Source of the DNA: Steroidobacteraceae bacterium | GTDB lineage: Bacteria > Pseudomonadota > Gammaproteobacteria > Steroidobacterales > Steroidobacteraceae | Reading direction: 5' to 3' | DNA length: 61,087 nucleotides | Assembly: GCA_025451375.1 (NCBI GenBank) | Contig: JANWKL010000032.1 | Span: 1-61,087 of the forward strand | Shown here: one piece after another, positions 18,689-27,056 of the stretch | Position numbering within the stretch: the first letter of the stretch is position 1 | How the letters are laid out: every line of letters begins with the position of its first letter | Position numbers and translations under genes: made by a program | The notes under the pieces: model-generated | The model's input: only the letters and a program-made list of their open reading frames with translations | Database searches by the model: none | Told to the model about the DNA's origin: nothing

Positions 18689-18705
18689 ATTGACACAGTG
18701 TCAAT
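18689..18705. promoter_or_regulatory. perfect 17-bp palindrome, putative TetR operator
   Basis: ATTGACAC-A-GTGTCAAT lies 23 bp upstream of the tetR start. It overlaps the start region of the divergent BtuF-like gene. Confidence 0.5.
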
Positions 18706-19633
18706 GACTGGACTGATGAAATTAACGAGGGCCCTGGGACTCGGGACGCTGGTCCTGGCCCTTGGGGTATCCCAGGCCTCACCGCCGGCCGCCACCGGGC
18801 CGGCACTCACCCGCACCGTGACAGATGATTCCGGCCGCACGGTGAGCGTGGGTTCCGCGCCGCTTCGCATCGTGAGCCTGGCCCCGGGCGCCACCGAGAT
18901 GTTGTTCGCCGCAGGCGGGGGCAGCCAGGTCATCGCCACGGTCGAGTACTCCGATGAACCCCCCGCCGCGCGGCAGGTCCCCCGCATCGGCGACGTGGCG
19001 GCCGTTGATCTTGAGCGTCTGGTCGCGCTGCATCCGGACGTGGTGATCGCGTGGCCCGCAGGTACGAACCCCGCGCAGCGCGCCAAGATTGCGCGCCTGA
19101 ACATCCCGATCTACGAGCAACAGGTGGCACGGCTGGCGGAGCTGGCCGACTCCGTGCGTCGTCTGGGGCTGCTGACAGGTACTGAAGCGGACGCGGCGCG
19201 TGCGGCGCAGGACATCGACGTACGGCTCGCCAGCCTGAAAGCCGCCTACTTAAAGAATGCGGCGCATCCAACCGTACTGCTGCAGGTGTGGAACCGCCCG
19301 ATCTACACGGTCGGCGGCCGGCAGCTCATGAGCGACGCTCTGGAGATTTGCGGGGCTCGCAATCTTTTTGCGGACCTCCCGGAAGCCGGGCCGGTGGTGG
19401 ATACGGAAGCGGTGATTGGGCGCGATCCGGACATCATTGTCGCGGCAGCTCCACCCGGGGAGGGCGCCGCGTGGCTTGCCGGTTGGCGGCGCTTCGGGAG
19501 CATGAAGGCGGTGCGCGAGGGGCACCTGGTGGTCTTCGAGGATCAGGCCTTCAGCCGTTTAGGCCCCAGCGTCATCGACGCGACTGAGGGCCTGTGCAAG
19601 ATCATCGACCGGCTCAGTCGCGGAAGTTATTGA
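18698..19633 (+). CDS. periplasmic binding protein, BtuF-like (cobalamin/siderophore class)
   Basis: Signal peptide followed by PLRIVSLAPGATEMLFAAGG...VVIAW, typical of the BtuF/FhuD fold. The start is GTG 18698 or ATG 18704. Confidence 0.75.
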   Translation: MSMTGLMKLTRALGLGTLVLALGVSQASPPAATGPALTRTVTDDSGRTVSVGSAPLRIVSLAPGATEMLFAAGGGSQVIATVEYSDEPPAARQVPRIGDVAAVDLERLVALHPDVVIAWPAGTNPAQRAKIARLNIPIYEQQVARLAELADSVRRLGLLTGTEADAARAAQDIDVRLASLKAAYLKNAAHPTVLLQVWNRPIYTVGGRQLMSDALEICGARNLFADLPEAGPVVDTEAVIGRDPDIIVAAAPPGEGAAWLAGWRRFGSMKAVREGHLVVFEDQAFSRLGPSVIDATEGLCKIIDRLSRGSY

Positions 19634-20096
19634 ACTGCAGCGCCACTTCGACTTTCGCTCCGCGCAGCAGCGCCATCGCCGCCTGCAGGTCATCGCGCTT
19701 CTTGCCGACGATGCGCACCTTGTCGCCCTGCAGGCTCGCCTGCACCTTGAGCGTTGAATCCTTGATCAGCCGGGTGATCTTCCTGCCGCTGTCCTGATCG
19801 ATGCCTTGCCTCAGGATCACCTCCTGGCGCGCGGCGGCGAGGTTCGTCAGCGGGTCCTTCACCTCCAGGCACACCAGGTCGACACCACGCTTGCCGAGCC
19901 GAACCTTGAGTATCTCGAGCATCTGCTTCAGCTGGAATTCCACCTGCGCGTGCAGCGTCACCGTGAACTCGGCGAGTTCGTACCGCGCCCCGGTGTCCTT
20001 GAAATCGAAGCGCTGCGCCAGCTCGCGGTTTGCCTGGTCGACCGCGTTGGCGACTTCGTGCGAGTCCAATTCCGAGACAACATCAAAGGAGGGCAT
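19614..20096 (-). CDS. yajQ: YajQ-family nucleotide/c-di-GMP-binding protein
   Basis: MPSFDVVSELDSHEVANAVDQANRELAQRFDFKDT is the hallmark YajQ N-terminus. Length is 160 aa. Confidence 0.9.
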   Translation of the reverse strand: MPSFDVVSELDSHEVANAVDQANRELAQRFDFKDTGARYELAEFTVTLHAQVEFQLKQMLEILKVRLGKRGVDLVCLEVKDPLTNLAAARQEVILRQGIDQDSGRKITRLIKDSTLKVQASLQGDKVRIVGKKRDDLQAAMALLRGAKVEVALQFNNFRD

Positions 20097-20107
20097 AGGA
20101 CCTCGTG

Positions 20108-20488
20108 TCAGCGCGCGCCCTTGCGGCGCGTCTTCTTGGGGGCAGGCGCGGGCTTGCGAGCCGGCTTGGCCGAAAGTTCCGTGTAGTGCCGGCGGGCAAG
20201 CGCCATGAAGCGCGGCGTCGGACCAACATCCTCGTACACCGGGTCGCCCTGCTCATCGGTCGAGATCACGCGTTTGCCGGCGACGTACGGCATCGCCGCC
20301 ACCAGTTCCTTGAGTGCCTTGCCGAGCAGCTCCGTGACCAGCTGCTCGGCCGAGCGACCGGGGAACATTTCCGCCAGCGCTGCGAGGCGCGCGGCGTCAT
20401 CCAGCGGCAGGCGCACCGCCCAGGTCCGCGCCGTGCGCGGTGCGGCCGCATGCTCGCGCCAGCTTTCGAGCAATTCTTTGATACTCAT
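20108..20488 (-). CDS. hypothetical protein with ribbon-helix-helix-like N-terminal region and Lys/Arg-rich tail
   Basis: MSIKELLESW...WAVRLPLDDAARLAALAEMFPGRSAEQLVTELLGKALKEL fits a beta-alpha-alpha pattern. The tail is KPARKPAPAPKKTRRKGAR. It lies 12 nt upstream of yajQ. ATG 20488 was chosen because the longer ORF runs antisense into hicA. Confidence 0.55.
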   Translation of the reverse strand: MSIKELLESWREHAAAPRTARTWAVRLPLDDAARLAALAEMFPGRSAEQLVTELLGKALKELVAAMPYVAGKRVISTDEQGDPVYEDVGPTPRFMALARRHYTELSAKPARKPAPAPKKTRRKGAR

Positions 20489-20548
20489 ATTTCCGGGGTC
20501 ACTCTCAGCAGCGCAGGCGTAAGTCCGCATTTTAGCGGAAAAGCAATT

Positions 20549-20596
20549 GGTGGGTATGGTGTTGACCGGCCTGAAGCGGTGGGTATAATACCCACC
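20549..20596 (+). promoter_or_regulatory. hicAB promoter embedded in a perfect 19-bp palindrome (putative HicB operator) plus an upstream half-site
   Basis: Promoter elements are TTGACC (20562-20567), a 16-nt spacer and TATAAT (20584-20589). The palindrome GGTGGGTAT-A-ATACCCACC spans 20578-20596. An extra GGTGGGTAT lies at 20549-20557. Confidence 0.5.
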
Positions 20597-20779
20597 GTGA
20601 AGAGCGCCGACCTGATCCGGGAGCTGCGGAAAGCCGGCTGGATCGAAGACCGGATTGTCGGCAGCCACCACATCTTCAAGCATCCGATCGTTGCGGGGCA
20701 TCTGATGGTTCCGCATCCGAAGAAGGAACTTGGTAAGGGATTGGTGCACAAGATTCGCAACCAGGCGGGATTGAAATGA
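20597..20779 (+). CDS. hicA: type II toxin HicA (mRNA interferase)
   Basis: VKSADLIRELRKAGWIEDRIVGSHHIFKHP... is the HicA signature. Length is 60 aa with a GTG start. The rest of ORF 20105..20779 is an upstream artefact. Confidence 0.8.
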   Translation: MKSADLIRELRKAGWIEDRIVGSHHIFKHPIVAGHLMVPHPKKELGKGLVHKIRNQAGLK

Positions 20780-21174
20780 AATTCACGATTGCGATTGAGC
20801 CGGGCACGAAAAAGAGCGCCTTCGGTGTTGTCGTGCCAGATCTGCCGGGCTGCTTTAGCGCGGGCGATACGGTTGAGGACGCCTTCGACATGGCTCGGGA
20901 GGCGATTGAGGCTCACTGCGAGGTTCTCGCCGAGGATGGCAAGGATCTTCCAGAACCCAGGCCGATGAGTGAATGGCAGGCGAGCCGCGAATACAAGGCT
21001 TGGACATGGGGCATCGTGGACGTACCGGTCGAGCGTTTTTTTGGACCGGCGGAGAAAGTCAACATTACCGTTCCAGGTCGGCTGCTCAAACAGATCGACC
21101 AGTACGCAAAGAAAAACGGCCAGACGCGTAGCGGCTTTCTGACTCACGCTGCGCTTGAGGCGATGCGTAAGTAG
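20776..21174 (+). CDS. hicB: type II antitoxin HicB (RNase H-like fold plus C-terminal RHH)
   Basis: MKFTIAIEPGTKKSAFGVVVPDLPGCFSAGDTVEDA... followed by NITVPGRLLKQIDQYA (RHH). ATGA overlap with hicA. Confidence 0.85.
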   Translation: MKFTIAIEPGTKKSAFGVVVPDLPGCFSAGDTVEDAFDMAREAIEAHCEVLAEDGKDLPEPRPMSEWQASREYKAWTWGIVDVPVERFFGPAEKVNITVPGRLLKQIDQYAKKNGQTRSGFLTHAALEAMRK

Positions 21175-21201
21175 TGGATTCACATTAAGTCGGGGTAGCG
21201 C

Positions 21202-21564
21202 ATGTACGACCATATCGGCCTGAAGGTGAAGGATCTGGATGCCAGCGCGCGCTTCTACAGCGCAGCGCTCGGCGCGCTGGGTCATGAGGTCGGCGCCGGC
21301 GACGAGACGATAGTAGGGATCGGCCCCAAAGGGGCGCCGGGACTGTGGCTGGGCGGCGACGCGAAGCTCGCGCACTCCCTGCTGCACCTGGCATTTGCGG
21401 CCGACAGTCATGCTGCAGTCGACGCCTTCTACCGCGAGGGCCTCAAGGCGGGCGGGCGCGACAACGGCAAGCCCGGACTGCGCAAGGACTACAGCCCGAC
21501 GTACTACGCGGCGTTTCTGCTGGATCCCGACGGCAACAATGTCGAAGCGGTTTGCCTGAAATAG
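21202..21564 (+). CDS. VOC (glyoxalase/bleomycin-resistance/dioxygenase) family protein
   Basis: MYDHIGLKVKDLDASARFYSAALGALG... and ...AFLLDPDGNNVEAV are typical of a single-domain VOC protein. Confidence 0.8.
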   Translation: MYDHIGLKVKDLDASARFYSAALGALGHEVGAGDETIVGIGPKGAPGLWLGGDAKLAHSLLHLAFAADSHAAVDAFYREGLKAGGRDNGKPGLRKDYSPTYYAAFLLDPDGNNVEAVCLK

Positions 21565-21573
21565 GCGCTGACG

Positions 21574-22305
21574 TTACCTGAGGCTTTGCAGGACGGTTTC
21601 CCTGCTCAGCGGGTAACCGGTGACAGGCAGGGGACCCGCATAATCGATGGTGACGCTCTCCTTGACCGACACCAGGGTCAGCACGTCGCGCCAATTCGTC
21701 ACCGTCTGCGTACGCGTGGTTCCCAGCGTATCGGTCCACGAGATGGTGCTCTGCAGCTTGAGGGCATTAAAAGTGCCAGCCGGCACAGTCACTGATTCGA
21801 CGTCGGTCAAGGTGCCGTTCTGCACGTAGGCAATGGGACCCTGGGGCTCGCACCCGAACGTGTAATCCAGTGTCCAGGCCTCCCCAACCGCCACCGGAAA
21901 GTCCGGTCCCGGTCCGTGGGGCGTGTAGGTGCACGGCAGCGGAACCCCTCCCGGGGCCCCTGGGTCGTAGAAGGTCGTCTGGCCGGAGTTGTTCTCAAAA
22001 AGCGTCTCGGTCTGTATGCCGTAGGTAGTCCCATCGACCACCGGCGCTTCGTGATTCGGATCCTCCCGCAGGACCGTGTAGGAACCGTTGGCATTAACCG
22101 CGGTCACCGTTTCCGTGTACGAAAGGAAAATGGTGCTGTGCAGGTTGTCTTCGATTGTTTCGCTGTAGACCCGCTGCGAGTTGGCCGGCGGGGTGACGAA
22201 GGTGTAGTGCATGCCTTCGCCGCCATTCGAGACGCTGCTTGAGTCGCCGCCACAGGCAGCGAGGCTCGCGGCAACCACGACGAACATGGTACGGGACGGG
22301 CGCAT
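21574..22305 (-). CDS. hypothetical lipoprotein, beta-rich
   Basis: The signal MFVVVAASLAACGGDSSS contains a lipobox. No family recognised. Thr/Gly/Pro-rich. Confidence 0.6.
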   Translation of the reverse strand: MRPSRTMFVVVAASLAACGGDSSSVSNGGEGMHYTFVTPPANSQRVYSETIEDNLHSTIFLSYTETVTAVNANGSYTVLREDPNHEAPVVDGTTYGIQTETLFENNSGQTTFYDPGAPGGVPLPCTYTPHGPGPDFPVAVGEAWTLDYTFGCEPQGPIAYVQNGTLTDVESVTVPAGTFNALKLQSTISWTDTLGTTRTQTVTNWRDVLTLVSVKESVTIDYAGPLPVTGYPLSRETVLQSLR

Positions 22306-22395
22306 ATCAACTCCCTCGGATTACCCTGGCAGGTCGTTGGTGACCTGAAGTTTACGTGCCGGCACGGTGAATTGACAAAGGCCCCCGTCGATCGC

Positions 22396-22425
22396 TTGAC
22401 GTCCCGAGCGTCCGACGGTGATACT
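22396..22425 (+). promoter_or_regulatory. putative trp operon promoter
   Basis: Promoter elements are TTGACG (22396-22401), an 18-nt spacer and GATACT (22420-22425). The leader ATG is only 10 nt downstream. Confidence 0.35.
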
Positions 22426-22434
22426 CATTTACAT

Positions 22435-22488
22435 ATGTCGCACCAGCCCGTCAGCATTTCACGCCTTTGGTGGTGGCGCCCCGTATAA
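22435..22488 (+). CDS. trpL: trp operon leader peptide MSHQPVSISRLWWWRPV
   Basis: A 17-codon ORF with three consecutive TGG codons (22468-22476). It sits upstream of an intrinsic terminator and trpE. Confidence 0.65.
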   Translation: MSHQPVSISRLWWWRPV

Positions 22489-22547
22489 CGGAGTGGGCTG
22501 ACGGCCAGCTGTTTTTCGCGACTTTAAGATTTTCACCGTACCAGCAA

Positions 22548-22581
22548 CCCATCTCCGGACGTCCCCGGCGGTGGGTTTTTT
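22548..22581 (+). terminator. trp attenuator (intrinsic terminator)
   Basis: CCCATCTCCGG (22548-22558) pairs with CCGGCGGTGGG (22565-75): 9 Watson-Crick pairs, 1 G-U and 1 mismatch. A T6 run follows (22576-81). It ends 15 nt before the trpE start. Confidence 0.65.
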
Positions 22582-22595
22582 GTTGTCTTTGGTAA

Positions 22596-23996
22596 TTGGA
22601 GCCTTTCGCGTTGCAGGCACTTTTTGACATCGCCGGCGATCTCGACACGCCCGTATCGGCATACATGAAGCTTAGCGCTTTCGAACCGCGCTTCCTGCTC
22701 GAGAGCGTCGAGGGCGGCGAGCGCCTCGCGCGCTACTCATTCATCGGCTTGGGCACCGGCCTCGAAGTGCGGCTCGATGACCGCGGGCTCGCGATCGGTC
22801 CACAGCTTCAGCCCCTGCCGGCCACTGGGGCTGAGCTTCTGGCTGGACTGCGCGCGGCCTTGCGAGCAGCACCGCGGCCAGAACCAGACATGACCGGTGT
22901 GCCACTCGCTGGCGGCCTCGTCGGCTACGCAGCCTATGATGTGGTGCGCTACTTCGAGCGGCTACCGGTTCGAGCCGGGCGGGCGAGCGGCGTGCCGGCG
23001 CTGCACTACGTTGCGCCGCGTTCGGTGCTGGTGTTTGATCACCTGACGCGCGGCATTGCGCTCGTGCATGCCGGCAGCGACGCGGACCGGCGCTCGCTGC
23101 GCAAGGAAGTGGTGAGCGCGCTGCGCGGGGCGCTGCCGAACAACCGGCGTGCTGGCCGCTATGGGCCACCCGCCGCTGCGTGGTCGCCCACGGACTACAT
23201 GGCGGGCGTGAAGCGAACGCAGGAGTACATCGCCGCCGGCGACGTGTACCAGCTGGTGCTGGCGAGCCGCTTCAGCGGGCAGCATGAGCTCGATCCCTTC
23301 CAGGCGTATCGCGCGCTGCGCCTCATCAACCCTTCGCCCTACATGTATTACTGCGCGCTGGGGGATGTTGCCGTGGTGGGTTCATCGCCCGAGGCGCTGG
23401 TGAAACTCAACGGGCGGCGGGCGCAGCTGCGGCCGATCGCCGGCACGCGGCCGCGCTCGACGGATGCCGCAGTGGATGCGGCCCGCGAGCAGGAGTTGCT
23501 GGCCGACCCCAAGGAAAATGCTGAGCACGTAATGCTGGTGGATCTGGCGCGCAACGACCTGGGGCGCGTGGCGCGGGCCGGCAGCGTGCACGTCGAGCCC
23601 TACCGCTCAATCGAGCGTTATAGCCACGTCATGCACATGGTAAGCGGTGTGCACGGGGATCTCGCGCCGGAGCGCGACGCATTCGACCTGTTCGCGGCGG
23701 CGTTCCCCGCCGGGACGCTGGTCGGAGCGCCCAAGGTGCGCGCCATGCAGATCATCGACGAGCTGGAACCGGTGAGTCGCGGCTTGTATGGAGGCACGGT
23801 GGGGTATTTCGGTGCGCACGGTGACATGGATCATGCGATCACCATCCGCACGCTGGTCTTCAAGGGTGATGAGTACAGTTACCAGGCGGGCGCCGGCATC
23901 GTCGCCGACAGCGTGCCGCAGAGCGAGCACGCGGAAGTTCTGGCGAAGAGCGCGGCCATGGTGCGCGCGCTGGAACTGGCGGGGGAGGGACTGTGA
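22596..23996 (+). CDS. trpE: anthranilate synthase component I
   Basis: Motifs [17 protein letters not shown] and GGTVGYF. TTG start as in the ORF track. Confidence 0.9.
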   Translation: MEPFALQALFDIAGDLDTPVSAYMKLSAFEPRFLLESVEGGERLARYSFIGLGTGLEVRLDDRGLAIGPQLQPLPATGAELLAGLRAALRAAPRPEPDMTGVPLAGGLVGYAAYDVVRYFERLPVRAGRASGVPALHYVAPRSVLVFDHLTRGIALVHAGSDADRRSLRKEVVSALRGALPNNRRAGRYGPPAAAWSPTDYMAGVKRTQEYIAAGDVYQLVLASRFSGQHELDPFQAYRALRLINPSPYMYYCALGDVAVVGSSPEALVKLNGRRAQLRPIAGTRPRSTDAAVDAAREQELLADPKENAEHVMLVDLARNDLGRVARAGSVHVEPYRSIERYSHVMHMVSGVHGDLAPERDAFDLFAAAFPAGTLVGAPKVRAMQIIDELEPVSRGLYGGTVGYFGAHGDMDHAITIRTLVFKGDEYSYQAGAGIVADSVPQSEHAEVLAKSAAMVRALELAGEGL

Positions 23997-24595
23997 CGCC
24001 GCGCCTGCTCCTGATCGATAACTACGACTCGTTCACCTACAACCTGGTGCAGGCGTTCCTCGTGCTGGGCGCGGAAGTTCGCGTCTACCGCAATGACGCG
24101 CTGACCCCAGAGGAGGCGCGGGCGCTCGCGCCGTCGCACCTGTGTATCTCTCCGGGCCCGGGTACGCCTTACGATGCCGGCGTCTCCATGGACATGATCC
24201 GCGCGTTCGCAGGTAGCATCCCGGTGCTCGGCGTGTGTCTCGGGCACCAGTCGATCGTGGAGGTGTTTGGCGGCCAGGTGGTGCGAGCCGGCAGGCTCAT
24301 GCACGGCAAGACCTCGCTCGTGCGTCACGATGGACGCACGCTGTTCGAAGGCCTCACGCTGCCGTGTGAAGTGGGGCGTTACCACTCGCTCATCGCCGCG
24401 CCGGAGGCCATGCCGCAGGTTCTGGAGGTGAGCGCGCAGACCGCGGAAGGGGAAATCATGGGGGTGCGCCACCGCACGCTCGCCGTCGAGGGCGTGCAGT
24501 TCCATCCGGAGAGCATTCTCACGCCCGAGGGGCCGCGCCTCCTCGGCAATTTCCTGCGGGTCACCGGCGGAGCGAGCCATGTCCGCACCGCGTGA
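23993..24595 (+). CDS. trpG: anthranilate synthase component II (glutamine amidotransferase)
   Basis: LGVCLGHQS catalytic Cys and the FHPES motif. GTGA overlap with trpE. Confidence 0.9.
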   Translation: MTPRLLLIDNYDSFTYNLVQAFLVLGAEVRVYRNDALTPEEARALAPSHLCISPGPGTPYDAGVSMDMIRAFAGSIPVLGVCLGHQSIVEVFGGQVVRAGRLMHGKTSLVRHDGRTLFEGLTLPCEVGRYHSLIAAPEAMPQVLEVSAQTAEGEIMGVRHRTLAVEGVQFHPESILTPEGPRLLGNFLRVTGGASHVRTA

Positions 24596-25625
24596 GCTCC
24601 TGCAACAGCTGCTGGAGCGGCGCGATCTGTCGCAGGATCAGGCGGAAGCGCTGCTCGCGCAGCTCACGGATCCGAACACGCCGCCAGCCATGGCCGGCGC
24701 GCTGCTCGCCGCGCTTTCGAGCAAAGGCGTCGTAGCGCAGGAGCTGCGCGGTCTCGCGCAGGCCATGCGACGCCGCGCGCGACCCACCGGGATTCCCGCC
24801 GGCCTGCGCGCCATCGACATCGTCGGCACCGGCGGTGACGCTTCGGGGAGTTTCAACATTTCCACCGGTTCGGCGCTCCTCACCGCCGCCTGCGGCGTGC
24901 CGGTCATCAAGCACGGCAACCGCTCGGTTTCCAGCCGCTGCGGCAGCGCGGACATGCTCGAAGCGCTCGGCGTCGGGATACCGCCCGATGCCGCCGCCGC
25001 CGCGGCGTGTCTTGCGGCCACCGGCTTCACCTTTCTTTATGCGCCTCACTACCATCCGGCAACCGCGGGGGTGGTGCCGATCCGTGCCGCGCTCGGGGTG
25101 CGCACCGTATTCAACATCCTGGGACCGCTCGTGAACCCCGCGCAGCCGCCGCTGCACCTCATCGGCGCGTTCAGCCTCGAGGTCGCGCGGCTGATGGCCG
25201 ACACGTTCTCAGGACTGCCCATTGAACGGACCTTCGTCGTGCACGGTGCGGAAGGCTGGGATGAGCCCACACCGATCGGCCCGTTCACGGTCTTTGATGT
25301 AAGGCCCGGACGTGTCGATGCGGGTCTGCGGTCGCCGTCCGACTACGGACTGAAGGCATGCAGCCCGGCGGATCTTGTCGGTGGTGATGCGCAATGCAAT
25401 GCCCAGGCCTTGCAGGGGGTGCTGTCGGGTGAGGATCGTGGCGCGCATCGCGACTGCCTGCTGCTCGGCACCGCGCTGGCACTGGAGATCGCCGGCGAGA
25501 CCCAACATCCGCAGGAAGGCGTGGCGCGCGCGTCCGCCGCCATCGACAGCGGCGCCGCGCGCCGTCTCCTCGAGGCGTTGCGCGAACAGCGCCGGCAGCC
25601 GACGGTCGCGGAGCGTCCGGCGTGA
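24579..25625 (+). CDS. trpD: anthranilate phosphoribosyltransferase
   Basis: [16 protein letters not shown] and KHGNRS motifs. 17-nt overlap with trpG. Confidence 0.9.
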   Translation: MSAPRELLQQLLERRDLSQDQAEALLAQLTDPNTPPAMAGALLAALSSKGVVAQELRGLAQAMRRRARPTGIPAGLRAIDIVGTGGDASGSFNISTGSALLTAACGVPVIKHGNRSVSSRCGSADMLEALGVGIPPDAAAAAACLAATGFTFLYAPHYHPATAGVVPIRAALGVRTVFNILGPLVNPAQPPLHLIGAFSLEVARLMADTFSGLPIERTFVVHGAEGWDEPTPIGPFTVFDVRPGRVDAGLRSPSDYGLKACSPADLVGGDAQCNAQALQGVLSGEDRGAHRDCLLLGTALALEIAGETQHPQEGVARASAAIDSGAARRLLEALREQRRQPTVAERPA

Positions 25626-26452
25626 CGGCGTTCCTGCAGGAGATGGCAGCCGGTAGCCGCGAGCGCGTGCGGACGGCGAAGCTTACGTGCTCTGCTGCCA
25701 CACTCGAAGGCCAGGCGAGAAACGTACGCGCGCCATCCCGATTGCAGCTGGATCCGTCCGGATTTGATCTCATCGCGGAACTGAAACTGCGTTCGCCGGC
25801 GGCGGGTCCCTTGAGCAGGCAAAGCGACAGCGTGGCGGGACGCGTTGTTGCCTACGCGCGTGCGGGCGCGGCCGCAGTCTCGGTGCTCACGGAGCCGAGC
25901 CGCTTTGACGGCACGCTCGCGCACCTGAAGAGTGCGGCAGGCGCACTGGCGCCGCTGGCGGTTCCCGCCATGCGCAAGGATTTTCTCGTCGATCCCTACC
26001 AGGTGCTGGAAGCGCGCGTCGCCGGCGCGGGCGGCGTGCTGGTCATCCTGCGCCTGCTGCCGCGGGACGAGCTCACCGCGCTGCTCGACTGCGCGACTGC
26101 CTCAGGCCTCTTCGTCCTCCTCGAAGCCTTTGATGCGCACGACATCGAGCTCATGCATGAGCTGCTCGCCGCGCACCACGGCAGCAATCAACTCCTCGCC
26201 GGGGTCAACTGCCGCGACCTGGCGACGCTTGAGATCGTGCCGCAGCGCCTGCTGGAGCTGGCGCCCCTCCTGCCCGCGAGTGTCCCGCGGGTCGCTGAGA
26301 GCGGCGTAGTGTCGATCGCGGATGCGGGCCGGGTGGCCGCGGCCGGTTATGAACTTGCTCTCGTCGGGAGTGCGCTCATGCAGGGAAAGGACCCGGGCGC
26401 TCTCGCGAGCCAACTGTTGGCGGCGGGACGGGCCGCCTGCAGGAAGCCCTAG
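25622..26452 (+). CDS. trpC: indole-3-glycerol-phosphate synthase
   Basis: ELKLRSPAAG and the RKDF...DPYQ motifs. GTGA overlap with trpD. Confidence 0.9.
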   Translation: MTAFLQEMAAGSRERVRTAKLTCSAATLEGQARNVRAPSRLQLDPSGFDLIAELKLRSPAAGPLSRQSDSVAGRVVAYARAGAAAVSVLTEPSRFDGTLAHLKSAAGALAPLAVPAMRKDFLVDPYQVLEARVAGAGGVLVILRLLPRDELTALLDCATASGLFVLLEAFDAHDIELMHELLAAHHGSNQLLAGVNCRDLATLEIVPQRLLELAPLLPASVPRVAESGVVSIADAGRVAAAGYELALVGSALMQGKDPGALASQLLAAGRAACRKP

Positions 26453-26453
26453 C

Positions 26454-27041
26454 ATGTGGATCAAGATCTGCGGCATGACGACACCAGAGGCCGTGGCCGC
26501 TGCCATCGAAGCGCGGGTCGATGCGATTGGGTTCGTGTTTGCGGCGTCGCCGCGGCAAGTGAGCGCGGAGCGCGCGCACGAGCTCGCCGCCCCGGCCCGC
26601 GGCCGCGTCCATTGCGTGGCGGTGAGCCGACATCCGACGCAGTCGGCGGTGAACGAAATTCTTGCGGTATTCAAACCCGACGTGCTGCAGAGCGACGTGC
26701 GTGATTTGCAGGACCTGCGGCTACCCGCCTCGCTCGGGTTGCTGCCGGTGGTACGCGCCGGCGAGCCCGCGCCAGCAACGCTGCCGGCGCGGATTCTCTT
26801 TGAGGGTCCGATGAGCGGCGCGGGCATCGCGGCGGACTGGCAGGCTGCACGCGAACTCGCACGCCGCACCCAGGTGGTGCTGGCCGGGGGACTGCGCAGC
26901 GCCAACGTCGCCGCGGCGATCGCTGCAGCACGTCCCTTTGGCGTCGACGTGTCGAGCGGTGTCGAAGAGCGACCGGGGATCAAGAGCCCGCTCGCGATTG
27001 TGCAGTTCGTGGCGGCGGTGCGGGCCGCACCCGCGGCCTGA
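26454..27041 (+). CDS. trpF: phosphoribosylanthranilate isomerase
   Basis: MWIKICGMT N-terminus. Starts 1 nt after the trpC stop. The longer ORF 26322..27041 overlaps trpC. Confidence 0.85.
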   Translation: MWIKICGMTTPEAVAAAIEARVDAIGFVFAASPRQVSAERAHELAAPARGRVHCVAVSRHPTQSAVNEILAVFKPDVLQSDVRDLQDLRLPASLGLLPVVRAGEPAPATLPARILFEGPMSGAGIAADWQAARELARRTQVVLAGGLRSANVAAAIAAARPFGVDVSSGVEERPGIKSPLAIVQFVAAVRAAPAA

Positions 27042-27056
27042 AGTGAGGGAGTCCTT

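Noticed and set aside
18667-18697. Cobalamin riboswitch upstream of the BtuF-like gene.
   Set aside because: Only about 31-37 nt separate it from the divergent tetR start, which is far too short for a B12 riboswitch. The space is occupied by the TetR-type palindrome.
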